The notes below the pieces were generated by a model, which did no database searches, was not told the DNA's origin, and saw only the letters and a list, made by a program, of their open reading frames with translations. Both the position numbers and the translations under genes were made by a program. 63,440 bases of DNA from a virus (lineage: Duplodnaviria; Caudoviricetes): the IMG/VR virus record IMGVR_UViG_3300025133_007312, positions 1 to 63,440 of that record. One strand, 5' to 3'. The first letter of the stretch is position 1; each line of letters begins with the position of its first letter. This document shows, one piece after another, positions 31,489 through 41,852 of this stretch.

Positions 31489-31491
31489 TCT

Positions 31492-32574
31492 CTACCCCTC
31501 AATAATCTTTTCCACATATTCAGCAATCGCCAAACAACTTGTTAGTCCTGGGGATTCTATCCCCACTAAATTAATAAAATTCTTATAACCCTTATCGACC
31601 TCATTTTTTATAATAAAATCCTTGAATCCTGCCTGTTTTTTTATTTTAGGTCGCACACCTGCGGTGTCTGCCCAAATATCTTTACACGAAATATCCAAAT
31701 ACTTATTTATACTATCACAGAAATGTTGGTGATTTAAATCATTTATTGAATAATCGACATCACTTACATAATATGCGTTAGGTCCAAAAGATAAATTTCC
31801 CCCCATATCCAAAACCGTATGTATTCCTAATCCATGTTCAGAAGGAAGGGGGTAAATTAAGCAATTCATATGAGGATACTTATTTGTTTTATAATATTCC
31901 CCTTTATACCACTCTATTTCATATTCTTCTATGCCTAACATTTGAGCGATTTGATCACTCCAAAGACCCGAAGAATTTATCACAATGCGACTCTCAACAT
32001 TATAATCCTCCCCCTCAAAAGATAGTACATATTTATCGTTCAGCAGGGAAACATCAGAAACAGCGGTATTATACACTACAACTCCATTATTTTTTGTAAA
32101 ATTGTTTCTAAGTTGAAGCATTAAAGAGTGTGCGTCTACAATCCCCGCGCTAGGGACTTGGATTGCCTTAATTGCTTTAATTTCAGGTTGTATTTCTTTA
32201 ATCTTCTGTGGGTCGAGAATCGTCAGGTTAGGGACTGCGTTTGCCATACCACGTCTATAAATTATATCTAATTGCGAAACTTCTTTCTCTGTGGTGGCAA
32301 CAATTAACTTTCCACACTGTTTATGTGGTAAATTATACCTCTGTAGAAAATGATACAGGAGGCGGTTGCCGTTAATACATAACGAAGACTTTAAAGTACC
32401 CTTTGGGTAATAAATACCAGAATGAATGACTCCGCTATTACGACTGGATGTATGTTGACCGAACGAGGATTCTTTTTCGACTATTAGAACATTATTAAAT
32501 TTATGGGAAAGTTGAGATGCAATTGCCAATCCCACAATACCTGCACCGATGACCACTGCATCAAACTCATACAC
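31492..32574 (-). CDS. FAD-dependent oxidoreductase (LhgO/L-2-hydroxyglutarate oxidase-like)
   Basis: GAGIVG; TSSRNSGVIHSGIYY; KGEYY; GIESPGLTS. Confidence 0.85.
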   Translation of the reverse strand: MYEFDAVVIGAGIVGLAIASQLSHKFNNVLIVEKESSFGQHTSSRNSGVIHSGIYYPKGTLKSSLCINGNRLLYHFLQRYNLPHKQCGKLIVATTEKEVSQLDIIYRRGMANAVPNLTILDPQKIKEIQPEIKAIKAIQVPSAGIVDAHSLMLQLRNNFTKNNGVVVYNTAVSDVSLLNDKYVLSFEGEDYNVESRIVINSSGLWSDQIAQMLGIEEYEIEWYKGEYYKTNKYPHMNCLIYPLPSEHGLGIHTVLDMGGNLSFGPNAYYVSDVDYSINDLNHQHFCDSINKYLDISCKDIWADTAGVRPKIKKQAGFKDFIIKNEVDKGYKNFINLVGIESPGLTSCLAIAEYVEKIIEG

Positions 32575-32599
32575 CTCTAATTAAACATAATTACACGAT

Positions 32600-33016
32600 T
32601 TAACGATAATTATCTCCCCATATGTCCCACTTATCCCACTCAAATCTAATATCGTCACCCACACTTTCTTCTAATGTGGAAGTAGAAAAGAACATAATAA
32701 TAGTGCCATCTTCCAGGTTCTTAAATCCATTTGCAAAACCAGGGGGGATATATAAAACAGAGGGACTCTGAGAAGATAGGGTGAAGGTGTTTATCTCGTC
32801 CGTTTTCATATCTACTGCACCTACTAACGCTGTTCCACTAGGCACATAGACATATTTTCCTTCTTTTTGGTGCCCGTGCCATGCACGAATAAATCCCTTT
32901 TGGTGATTTTCAACTTGGTAAAAGCGTTTTACATTAGAAAAATCAAAATCGTTCACGAATCGAAGAAATCCTCGATCATCGGCAAAGACATTCCCCTTGA
33001 ATTGTTTAAAAGTCAT
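32600..33016 (-). CDS. cupin nucleotide-sugar epimerase/isomerase (RmlC/FdtA-like)
   Basis: DDRGFL; IRAWHGH; LYIPPGFANGF. Confidence 0.8.
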   Translation of the reverse strand: MTFKQFKGNVFADDRGFLRFVNDFDFSNVKRFYQVENHQKGFIRAWHGHQKEGKYVYVPSGTALVGAVDMKTDEINTFTLSSQSPSVLYIPPGFANGFKNLEDGTIIMFFSTSTLEESVGDDIRFEWDKWDIWGDNYR

Positions 33017-33947
33017 TCAGTTTCCTCATAAACGCCGCATTGGAATAAATCTCGTCAGAAGTATCTTTAATTCTTTCTTCCAGAATCAAAGAAGAGATCT
33101 GTAAAATTCCATCTTCTAAATTATACACCGGATTCCACCCAGTATGTAAATATTTTTCATTTTTTACTTTATAATTACGCAAATCTTCAAATTTCATATT
33201 GGTATATGATATAACGCAATCGGGAATAAGTCTTTGAATTTCTTTTCCTAGATCAGAAATGCGAAAGTTCTTATAGGATAAATTGTATAATCCACTAATA
33301 TTATTTTCAATACCATGTAATATTGCTGTGGAAACATCTCTTACGTGCAAAAGAGGTCGCCACTGTTCTCCACCGAAAACTGTTAAAGGTTCGCCAAGTG
33401 CCGCCTTCATTGACAGAATATTCGCTACTAAATCTAAACGGATACGACTATGATCATCCCCCAATCCAAAAAGAGTACCTAAGCGAAACACTAAAGAATT
33501 CGGGGAATTACTCAAAACATATTTTTCCGCTTCAAGTTTTGTCGCGGCATAAAGTGATAAAGGATTAGGAATGGCATCTTCTTCTATTAAGTTATTATTG
33601 ACGCCATAAACTGAACACGTAGAGGGGAAAATAATTTTTCCTTTATAATTGTCCACTAACCATTTAACTGAATCAACATTAAGTTCAGACGTTAATTGAG
33701 GATTAACTGCACAAGCACCATCCCCCACAAGTCCTGCCAACCAGATAACCACGTCATATTTATCAATGATGTTGCTTAATTTTTGCTGATCTCGAATATC
33801 TCCATAAATAAATTTATTATTTTTCATATAGCGGGACTCAAAAAGAAGATTGTCATAAACCGTCACATCATAGTTGTTATCCGACAAATGATCAGTTAAA
33901 AAACCCCCAATATAACCTGCGCCCCCCACAATTAAAATCTCACTCAT
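33006..33947 (-). CDS. NAD-dependent nucleotide-sugar epimerase/dehydratase (extended SDR)
   Basis: GGAGYIG; STCSVYG; YAATK; RLDLVAN; QWRPLLHVRD. Confidence 0.88.
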   Translation of the reverse strand: MSEILIVGGAGYIGGFLTDHLSDNNYDVTVYDNLLFESRYMKNNKFIYGDIRDQQKLSNIIDKYDVVIWLAGLVGDGACAVNPQLTSELNVDSVKWLVDNYKGKIIFPSTCSVYGVNNNLIEEDAIPNPLSLYAATKLEAEKYVLSNSPNSLVFRLGTLFGLGDDHSRIRLDLVANILSMKAALGEPLTVFGGEQWRPLLHVRDVSTAILHGIENNISGLYNLSYKNFRISDLGKEIQRLIPDCVISYTNMKFEDLRNYKVKNEKYLHTGWNPVYNLEDGILQISSLILEERIKDTSDEIYSNAAFMRKLNDF

Positions 33948-34525
33948 TAGTTTCGCCCCCTCTTAGACCTTAAACAAAAAATCATAAGTTTTCCATCATA
34001 AAAAGTTCGAACATCTAATATTTCAAAAAAAGGTTTAAATTTTTCTTTCCAAAAATTTAAACCTTTTTGTATGAGATGTAACTCAACACCATCCAGACAA
34101 TCGGAGTGATTCGCTACAGAAAAGTAGCAAAAAGAACTATTTTTTGAAAAAGCAGACATAATTTCATCAATAAACTTTTCTTCTATATGCTCCAAGACAT
34201 CTAAGCAACAAAGTAAATCAACTTTTTTAATTTTGCTTAAATCTTCAGCGACAGATAAATTAATTTTAGTAAAATTAACATTACTAAAATTATTAATGTT
34301 ATAAAAACATTCTAAATCATAAGAATGAATAGATTCTATTTTATTTTCAGAAATATATGGAAATAAGTTGCCTCTACCTGATCCAATATCCGCTAGAGTG
34401 GTTATTTCTTCTTTATGCTGGAGATATGTAATAAACTCACGAGCATAAACATAAGAAACGAACTGTCCCGTGTTATATTCTAACCGTGTTTTAAACAAAT
34501 TAGAGTATATTTCTTTATAATTCAT
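33947..34525 (-). CDS. class I SAM-dependent methyltransferase
   Basis: LADIGSGRG motif I; CLDVLEHI. Confidence 0.8.
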   Translation of the reverse strand: MNYKEIYSNLFKTRLEYNTGQFVSYVYAREFITYLQHKEEITTLADIGSGRGNLFPYISENKIESIHSYDLECFYNINNFSNVNFTKINLSVAEDLSKIKKVDLLCCLDVLEHIEEKFIDEIMSAFSKNSSFCYFSVANHSDCLDGVELHLIQKGLNFWKEKFKPFFEILDVRTFYDGKLMIFCLRSKRGRN

Positions 34526-34568
34526 CAATATTCTCGGTTGTTTCTATACATTTATTAATTTTATCCGT

Positions 34569-34630
34569 TAAATAAGAAGAATAATTCCTGTTTAATATTA
34601 AAATATCAACAAACTTATTCTTCTTATTTA
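34569..34630 (-). repeat. 16-bp perfect inverted repeat forming a long RNA hairpin
   Basis: TAAATAAGAAGAATAA (34569-34584) and TTATTCTTCTTATTTA (34615-34630); the 30-nt spacer also pairs on the minus strand using G-U. Confidence 0.85.
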
Positions 34631-35731
34631 CCCCCAAATTTTTTCACCACGATGAGTCGGGTCTTTGCTTATTTGCACCCTCAATATCTTCTCTATTTCT
34701 TTAGATGTAACACCATTTCCCAACCATAGTGCATTTCCACTAAAAGGTTTAAGTGCCCAATCTAAACAATTTTGAAAATCCTCATCATTTGCATCAAGCA
34801 TTATACTACATTCGTTTTCTAAAGATTCAGGGCGCTCAGTAAAATCTCTGGGCACTATAACGGGGACATTTAATAGGGCGGGTTCTTCTTGTGCTGTACC
34901 GCTATCACTAATGATGAATAAAGAATCTTGCATAAACTTAACAAAATCCCTATATCCCATTAAATCAATTACCTCTATTTTTCCTAATGTGATTCCATAT
35001 TCCTCTATTGATTTAAATGCTCTACCAAAATTAAGCATTTTCACAGACTTTCCAGTTTGTTCAATACAAAAATTTGCAAATTTTATAATAGATTCCATTC
35101 TATCTTTATATTTAAAATTTTCAGGTCTATGAATATCTAATAAGATATGCTCTTTGATTCCCACATAATTTAAATCCACGATCTCATTTAAAGGTTCAAC
35201 AATCGTGTTTCCCACCACAAATATTCGCTCCTCGGGGATACCTTCTCGTAATGCCTTTTGCTTATAATTTTCGTGATAAACAAAAAGAAAATTTGAAACA
35301 TGATCGCAAACTTTTCGATTAATTTCTTCTAGCATTCTCTCATCGTAACTTCTCATTCCCGCTTCAATATGCCCTATCTTATACCCCTCTTTACGCAGGG
35401 GAACTGCGGCAAGAACTGAATTACTGTCGCCCAAAAAAAGGACAACATCAGGATTAATGTTTTTCTCACGAAACAAATCAATAATTGCCGGTCCTAAGTC
35501 TGCTTGCTGTTGATAATGAGATTTTGTAGGACCACCAATCTGCAAATTATAATCAGGTTCGCGAATATTCAAATCTTTAAAGAAGATTCCCGATAACAAC
35601 TCATCATAGTGTTGTCCTGTGTGAATCAAAATATGCTCACACCAATCTGCATTGTCTAATGCTTTAAACACCTCTGACATTCTAATAAAATCAGGACGAA
35701 TACCTGAAACTGTTACTATTGTCTTTTTCAT
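34628..35731 (-). CDS. wecB: UDP-N-acetylglucosamine 2-epimerase (non-hydrolysing)
   Basis: GIRPDFI; HTGQHYD; GDSNS; HIEAGMRS; EEINR; DSGTAQEE; TERPE; ATG at 35731 gives an ATGA overlap. Confidence 0.9.
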   Translation of the reverse strand: MKKTIVTVSGIRPDFIRMSEVFKALDNADWCEHILIHTGQHYDELLSGIFFKDLNIREPDYNLQIGGPTKSHYQQQADLGPAIIDLFREKNINPDVVLFLGDSNSVLAAVPLRKEGYKIGHIEAGMRSYDERMLEEINRKVCDHVSNFLFVYHENYKQKALREGIPEERIFVVGNTIVEPLNEIVDLNYVGIKEHILLDIHRPENFKYKDRMESIIKFANFCIEQTGKSVKMLNFGRAFKSIEEYGITLGKIEVIDLMGYRDFVKFMQDSLFIISDSGTAQEEPALLNVPVIVPRDFTERPESLENECSIMLDANDEDFQNCLDWALKPFSGNALWLGNGVTSKEIEKILRVQISKDPTHRGEKIWG

Positions 35732-37350
35732 TGTTTTTCTAAAGTTTCCTTGATCGCAGAACACAACGTATTGTCGTAATCCTGATAATTTTCATGAGTT
35801 ATGAGGTTATTATATTTCTGGGATGTGGGGTGCCCACCATACCAATGAATTCCAATGCCTTTTTCTTTTAACTCTTTGAATGCATTTATCTCATATATAT
35901 TGTTTAAATTTTTAAAATCATAATAATAAACACTATCCACGTCCAAATTATGAATTTGGTTATTAAAAGCAGACGCCAACAACTCATAAGTGGGATATAA
36001 GTTTATAATCATATCAGATCCAATTGATTGATATTTACTTGGGTCAAAATTATTCATAGATAATTTAGCATAAGTTTTAAAAAGGATATTATTTTTTTCT
36101 GCCATCATAAATCCAATAGATGGCATAGAATTATGCCTGGGGTCATAGCACATAATAGTGTCCACATTAGAATGGTTTTTTATATTAAAGTTTGCGTTGT
36201 TAAGACTCTTAAAGAAAATAATATCCATATCACACCATAGACCACCATTTTTATTTAAGATGTTCCACCTCAAGTAATCTGATTTATGGACTTCTGATGC
36301 CTCATTGGTGAGTGGGGAATTTGAAAAATCTACATAAATCGTTTTAACCGAAACTTCTTCTAATAGTTTGTCAAAATAATCTAATTCCCCTGTATAATCT
36401 GTGCGATCATAGCGGTGATGATTATCATCTTCTCCCCAGGTTCGAGATTCACTTAAAACTTTAGGCAAATATAGATGAACAGACCAATCAGGATTATGAG
36501 TCTTAAAACTTTTAATCGTCATATATCTCATAAACGACATTTTATTACTCCCCCAATAAAAATTAGCAATCTTGGGGATCTTCCCGAGGTGCCATTTCGG
36601 GGAAGCATCATATATCTCCCCAGTCAACTTATCTGCCTCTGCTACACAATTTCGATTTTCCACAGAAAGAGAGTCAGGGGGGTCATTATGAGTCCCCAAT
36701 ACTTGATCCACGTAAGCATATCTACTCTTTAATCCCATTCTCATCGCCATATGATAATCTTCACCCGGAATATTTATATAATCACCGCATCTTTTCTTTA
36801 AATCCATTGTAAACATAAAGCAGGTTCCAAGGAAACACTGGATTCGGTTAATCTTACACCAATCATCTCGAATCACTACGTCGCCTGAAACACTATTATC
36901 ATGTGATTGCCCATTACAAAAGGTAAATTTCTTGGAATATGGATCTTGGTGATAAGGTTTGAATATACGACCTAAATATTTACTCTCGAAAGCAGACGAA
37001 ACAAATTCAATATCTCGATTATCTTTCATTACCGTTACTAAGGATTCTAAAAAATGAGGGACTTTATTATCATCTGATGATGCCCACGTACCAAATTCCC
37101 CGTTCGCTTTTAAAAATCCCAAATTTAATGCAGACCCAGTGCCGCCATTTTTCTTAGTAAAAATTTGAATGCGCTTATCTTGCTTGGCATAATTTTCTAA
37201 AATAGTAGACGTATAATCGGTAGAACCATCATCCACAATTATTAATTCAAAATTTTCATAAGTTTGAGCGAGAATATCGTCTATAGCAGATTTAAGATAA
37301 GGCGCGTCATTATAGGTGGGCATCACTATTGAAATTAAATCTTTTTCCAT
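35728..37350 (-). CDS. two-domain glycosyltransferase (GT2 + GT32-like DxD domain)
   Basis: ISIVMPTYN...VDDGSTD; then IPKIANFYWG...KSDYLRW.IL...GGLWCDMDI. Confidence 0.85.
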   Translation of the reverse strand: MEKDLISIVMPTYNDAPYLKSAIDDILAQTYENFELIIVDDGSTDYTSTILENYAKQDKRIQIFTKKNGGTGSALNLGFLKANGEFGTWASSDDNKVPHFLESLVTVMKDNRDIEFVSSAFESKYLGRIFKPYHQDPYSKKFTFCNGQSHDNSVSGDVVIRDDWCKINRIQCFLGTCFMFTMDLKKRCGDYINIPGEDYHMAMRMGLKSRYAYVDQVLGTHNDPPDSLSVENRNCVAEADKLTGEIYDASPKWHLGKIPKIANFYWGSNKMSFMRYMTIKSFKTHNPDWSVHLYLPKVLSESRTWGEDDNHHRYDRTDYTGELDYFDKLLEEVSVKTIYVDFSNSPLTNEASEVHKSDYLRWNILNKNGGLWCDMDIIFFKSLNNANFNIKNHSNVDTIMCYDPRHNSMPSIGFMMAEKNNILFKTYAKLSMNNFDPSKYQSIGSDMIINLYPTYELLASAFNNQIHNLDVDSVYYYDFKNLNNIYEINAFKELKEKGIGIHWYGGHPTSQKYNNLITHENYQDYDNTLCSAIKETLEKQ

Positions 37351-37361
37351 CTTTCACGCTC

Positions 37362-38639
37362 CTAACTGTTAAACTCTAACCCACCATCAAAATCAGATTC
37401 TTGAGAATGTTCATAAACGACACCACACATCTTCTTATATTGAGCGTCTTCTGAAAATTCCTCTTTAATCCATTTTTGCAATTTCTTGGATTTGGACAAG
37501 TGAGTATTATAATTTTTTACCAGCGCCCGCATTGATTTTTTAGCAGACCACTCCTTGGGAAAACACCATTGAGAATCTTTTATTAAAATATCTTGCCAAA
37601 CTGCTTCAGGTTGAATGGGTTTAAGATCATGAGCAACAGATGTAAACATAGCAGTTTTCTTCTTTTTAGTTGGGGCATATAAATAATCTAGTTGTCCGCC
37701 CCAAGCTGGCGTGATAATTGGTAAACCGTTACATGCTGCTTCAAAAATTGGCAACCCGAAACCTTCACCATGTGACAAAGAAATAAGGCACTTGATTTTA
37801 GGATGATTATATAATCCGACCATTTGGGATTCTGGAATATCACCATGTAGAAGATAAACTGAACATTGACGATCTGGATATTTAGATAAAATATTTTTCA
37901 ATCTCATTTGAGTGAATCGTCGATCACGTAAGGATTGTTTAGCAGTGGAAACCTTTAACACCAGTCCCACCTCTTGCTCTTTGAATTCCTGCACAAACCA
38001 TTCGATGGTATTTTCCAAATTTTTACGCGGTATCCAGGTAGCAACAACAAGAAAATTAAAATCATGCTTTAAATCAAGATCAATATTTTCTCCAGTCACA
38101 TCCTTAATAGGAAAATTAACCACATCTACTGGAACCGCACATGACACCTTAAAAGATTGCTTTGTCTGATGATTATATGCATCATAAACAGTATCTATAA
38201 ACCCACTTTTGGAATGTTCAGAAACCACCACAACTTTATTCATCATAAGAGATTTCTCTATCCATTTGGGGGATATTTTATTTGTTTCAGTTCCCGCTGT
38301 AACTCCAATATTGATGGGTGCGAGTTTTTCCCATTCTTGGGGGATTGTCACCTGAATCGACATATCAAAACCTTGTCCCGTAATCCACTCAGTACCGTCA
38401 CTATCCCTTCGACGTGTCATTTCATTATGCATATAAATGCCTGTTTTTTGAATCAAGTGGTCCATCCAGCGTCTTTCTTCATTATCTTCAATTAACCACG
38501 AAGTTGTACCCCAATTAAGATTATCTAAATAAATATCAAATTCATCAGGAAGTGTCCTAAGTGCCCTTAATACAAATCGTGTATGCTCACCATATCCACT
38601 TTGAGATAATGCGGGTCCTTTAACCAAAACTCTTTTCAT
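37362..38639 (-). CDS. GT4-like (GT-B) glycosyltransferase
   Basis: SGYGEH; RKNL; GEGFGLPIFEAACNGLPII. Confidence 0.85.
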   Translation of the reverse strand: MKRVLVKGPALSQSGYGEHTRFVLRALRTLPDEFDIYLDNLNWGTTSWLIEDNEERRWMDHLIQKTGIYMHNEMTRRRDSDGTEWITGQGFDMSIQVTIPQEWEKLAPINIGVTAGTETNKISPKWIEKSLMMNKVVVVSEHSKSGFIDTVYDAYNHQTKQSFKVSCAVPVDVVNFPIKDVTGENIDLDLKHDFNFLVVATWIPRKNLENTIEWFVQEFKEQEVGLVLKVSTAKQSLRDRRFTQMRLKNILSKYPDRQCSVYLLHGDIPESQMVGLYNHPKIKCLISLSHGEGFGLPIFEAACNGLPIITPAWGGQLDYLYAPTKKKKTAMFTSVAHDLKPIQPEAVWQDILIKDSQWCFPKEWSAKKSMRALVKNYNTHLSKSKKLQKWIKEEFSEDAQYKKMCGVVYEHSQESDFDGGLEFNS

Positions 38640-39967
38640 ATTTCAATTAACTCCCATGTATCGTATCCTTTTCGATTTTCCCACGATCCATATTTCTCGT
38701 GTGTCTCTAACATTAACTTTTCCCACCTACTAATATAACTTTCAAATGAATAATCTTTTAAAATTTTATCTTGGCAATTCTTTCCTAACTGTTCGCGTTT
38801 TTCTGCCCCATATGCGTACATTTGCATTAAAGCATCCACCACCTGCTGTTCACATAAGCGATCTTCATAAATATATGGAACTTGCTGAGATCCAATAATT
38901 GCCTTCGAGGAAGATTCAAGCGCAATACCATAATCCGTTTCTATATTCTTGCCACTTTGTTGGCGGTGGCGCTCTTGTATTAAATCATGGGTAACGTTAT
39001 CCATATCTGTCACCTGTTCTTGTAATCCTCCCGTTAAAGTGGCAATAATAGGGGTGCCACATGCCATTGACTCAAATGTATATAATCCAAACCCTTCTGC
39101 ATCTGATATACTGATTGTGGTGTCTGCCGCGTTGTATATCATACATAAATCGTTAGGGGGCATTTTTTGATTGGAAAAATATATATTAGTGTTCTCAGTT
39201 AAATTTAACTTTTGTGCAATCGCGTGTAAATCTTGACCATTCGGGTCCTTGGGGTCAGTGTGGAGCAAAATAGTGGAATTTCTATGTCCATATTTTTTCT
39301 CTAACTCGTCTAAGAAACTCTTAAACCAAAATAATAATGAACCGCTTTGCTTTCGACGCGCATTTCGATTAGTCCAAAAAATAAAAAAGTTGTTTTCATC
39401 TATTCTTAAATTATCCTTTCTAAATTTTGAAACTATATTTTTATCTAATTTTTTAAAAATATTCGGCGGCACCGCGTGGGGGATATATTGCTCGTGGACC
39501 GTTGGGGATACCGTTTTAACTATATCCGATGTTAATTTTGATATAGTTGCAACTACATCAGTGGAGTCATACCACACCTTATTATAGTCAGGATAAGGAA
39601 AATTATCCCATACGTGATAATAAACTAAGGGAACTAAAGCACGAATTTCATGTTCCATGTCCCACAACCACTCATAAAACCGAGGGTCAGTCATAAACCA
39701 CAATATATCAGGTTTATAACTCCTTATAATCGACCTTATGGAATCTGGTGTTCCATACCCATCCACAGGATGGATAACCCAATCGTCTTTATATTCTTCA
39801 GTTTTTGTAAGGTTATAATTTTGATGTTTTATCGCACCGGCAACACTATAAAAAGAAAATTTTCCAGTATCTAAAAGTCCAGTTATAAAATATTTAGTTT
39901 GAGTTCCAACACCAGAAGGTGATAGGGGGTGATCCGAAATTGTAAGTATTTTTATTTTTTTATCCAT
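38636..39967 (-). CDS. GT4-like (GT-B) glycosyltransferase
   Basis: SGVGTQ; NRNARRK; AEGFGLYTFESMACGTPII. Confidence 0.85.
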   Translation of the reverse strand: MDKKIKILTISDHPLSPSGVGTQTKYFITGLLDTGKFSFYSVAGAIKHQNYNLTKTEEYKDDWVIHPVDGYGTPDSIRSIIRSYKPDILWFMTDPRFYEWLWDMEHEIRALVPLVYYHVWDNFPYPDYNKVWYDSTDVVATISKLTSDIVKTVSPTVHEQYIPHAVPPNIFKKLDKNIVSKFRKDNLRIDENNFFIFWTNRNARRKQSGSLLFWFKSFLDELEKKYGHRNSTILLHTDPKDPNGQDLHAIAQKLNLTENTNIYFSNQKMPPNDLCMIYNAADTTISISDAEGFGLYTFESMACGTPIIATLTGGLQEQVTDMDNVTHDLIQERHRQQSGKNIETDYGIALESSSKAIIGSQQVPYIYEDRLCEQQVVDALMQMYAYGAEKREQLGKNCQDKILKDYSFESYISRWEKLMLETHEKYGSWENRKGYDTWELIEI

Positions 39968-39974
39968 TTAATCC

Positions 39975-40739
39975 TTAAGGACAATGGGGGGTTCCTCGAA
40001 ACTCACATCGTCCACACTTTAATCTATTTTTGGGATGATTATTACTATGGATATTATATACTGCTTTATTTAAAATGTTTAAAGCATTATTAATTTTTTT
40101 TTCACCAGAGGACACACGAAAAATTTCAATACGGTCCTTTTTAGCAGTTCTCTTAAGTAATCCAAAATAGGTTTCAACCAATTTGGGATCAATCTGGTGC
40201 TTCTGAGCGAAAAAATTCTTATAATAGGTTAACTGATAAGTCACTATTTTATCCGATTTCTTTTTCCTATCCCACCCCCAAGAACAAGATTTCCAATCAA
40301 TAATGTGGTATTTTCCATTTGGTGTTTTTAAAACTAAATCGATGAATCCCTTAAAATCATGGTCCACATCTATATTGTTTATTTTTTCCATCAATTTTTC
40401 TTCACATGAAACTAATTCCCACCTTGGGAATGTCTTATCCAAAGATTCAATCACCAATGCTGCCAAATCAATCCCTTGAATCTTCATATCTTCTACCATC
40501 TTTTCCTTAGACGGATCGAGTGTTATTGAATCTAGTTCTTTAGAAAAGGATTCAAGAAAAATCTTTTTATAATTTGATTTTCTATTTTTGGTTAATTCTT
40601 CACATGCAAGATGAAGAGAAGTTCCAAAGGCAGTATATTCATTTCCCTGAAATAATCTAATCTTATCGATGTATGTTAATTTATGATAAAAGGGGCAAAA
40701 ATCCCAATTTTTTAAAGCACTATATGATATATGCGACAT
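39975..40739 (-). CDS. PD-(D/E)XK exonuclease, Cas4/RecB-like with Fe-S cysteines
   Basis: ISYS..K.W.FCP; GFIDLV; IIDWKS; QLTYY; C-terminal CGRC......C. Confidence 0.85.
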   Translation of the reverse strand: MSHISYSALKNWDFCPFYHKLTYIDKIRLFQGNEYTAFGTSLHLACEELTKNRKSNYKKIFLESFSKELDSITLDPSKEKMVEDMKIQGIDLAALVIESLDKTFPRWELVSCEEKLMEKINNIDVDHDFKGFIDLVLKTPNGKYHIIDWKSCSWGWDRKKKSDKIVTYQLTYYKNFFAQKHQIDPKLVETYFGLLKRTAKKDRIEIFRVSSGEKKINNALNILNKAVYNIHSNNHPKNRLKCGRCEFRGTPHCP

Positions 40740-40748
40740 TCTCCACCT

Positions 40749-41114
40749 CTACTTTTTGGTGGTCTTTCTTCTTTTTCTTGTCCGCTTTTTGGACACCGTA
40801 AGAGAATTAGCAACACCATTATTTAATGATACCACAGGTAGGTTAGGGATGTCAACCGTCTTTTTTTCTAATTTAATAAATTTAAAACTTCCGTGAGGAG
40901 AAGTAAATTTATTATCAATTCTTGTTATAGAATTAGGATGCAATACATAATCTTCATACCCTCGCTCCTTTAAGTAACTAAGTGCCGCTTCGGATGTGAT
41001 GCCCTCCCTTATGATTGGGGGGTTTCTCCTACCACCATTATAGACAGCGCACGTTATGTTTAAAATTATCTCATCTTTATTTTTTTCTATATTAATTTCC
41101 ATTAATTTCCTCAT
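40749..41114 (-). CDS. hypothetical protein with basic tail
   Basis: 121-aa ORF; true start possibly at the second Met. Confidence 0.55.
   Translation of the reverse strand: MRKLMEINIEKNKDEIILNITCAVYNGGRRNPPIIREGITSEAALSYLKERGYEDYVLHPNSITRIDNKFTSPHGSFKFIKLEKKTVDIPNLPVVSLNNGVANSLTVSKKRTRKRRKTTKK
40826..40855 (-). promoter_or_regulatory. sigma70-type promoter upstream of the Cas4-like gene
   Basis: TTGACA-18 nt-TATCAT with extended TGn. Confidence 0.55.
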
Positions 41115-41796
41115 TATTTAATTTATTTAAGATTTTTACTATTTTTGAATAAAGAACTGGACTAAGGTCTTTTAAATATTCGTGTTCTTCAGATAAATAT
41201 AATAAAAATCCATTAGCAAAATATTCTCTAACACTAGTAATTGAATATGGCGAAAAAAATAATCCCGCACTAAGCAAAGACAATTTATCATATCCTACCT
41301 CCTGATAAAGAAAGATATCAAACTCTCTTAAATGATCATCAGAAAAAAACAATTCAGGAGTTATTTCATATCCGTCTGCTTTTAAGAGTGAATAAAGTCT
41401 TTGTTTTTTAGATTCATATTCCTGCTCGATGCCGTCGCTGCCATATAAAATTTCTTGGAATCTATCTTCTAATAAATGTGCTATTTCATGAATAATATTT
41501 TCCGCAATTAAAGGTTCCGTTATGACATTAACAATATTGTTGGATGAAATCCAGATCGCACCGTCTTTCAACATTGATTGTATTTTACGTTTATTTAAAT
41601 CATCAAAATCACCTATATAAATTGCGTCTAATCCATTTAAGAAATTTCTATTTATCTTTTCCTTTACAGAATTTAATATATTGTTTGTTTTTATGTGTTT
41701 GGAAAATTTATTAATAACATAGACCGGAACATTATATAACATATATTCGCTTCTATCCTGTATTCTCCTATTAGACTCTTTTATATATGTTATCAT
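41092..41796 (-). CDS. putative zincin metallopeptidase
   Basis: IIHEIAH with downstream REYFA. Confidence 0.6.
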   Translation of the reverse strand: MITYIKESNRRIQDRSEYMLYNVPVYVINKFSKHIKTNNILNSVKEKINRNFLNGLDAIYIGDFDDLNKRKIQSMLKDGAIWISSNNIVNVITEPLIAENIIHEIAHLLEDRFQEILYGSDGIEQEYESKKQRLYSLLKADGYEITPELFFSDDHLREFDIFLYQEVGYDKLSLLSAGLFFSPYSITSVREYFANGFLLYLSEEHEYLKDLSPVLYSKIVKILNKLNNEEINGN

Positions 41797-41852
41797 AAAT
41801 TTATATATTTATATTAATATCACATTTTCAAAGAAAAATCAAGAAAAAAATA

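Noticed and set aside
34517-34640. About 40-codon TTG-start ORF across the hairpin
   Set aside because: Weak start, no motif, and the region is better explained by the RNA hairpin
39975-40739. Cas4-like gene as part of a CRISPR-Cas system
   Set aside because: No other cas genes or repeat-spacer array seen in the window
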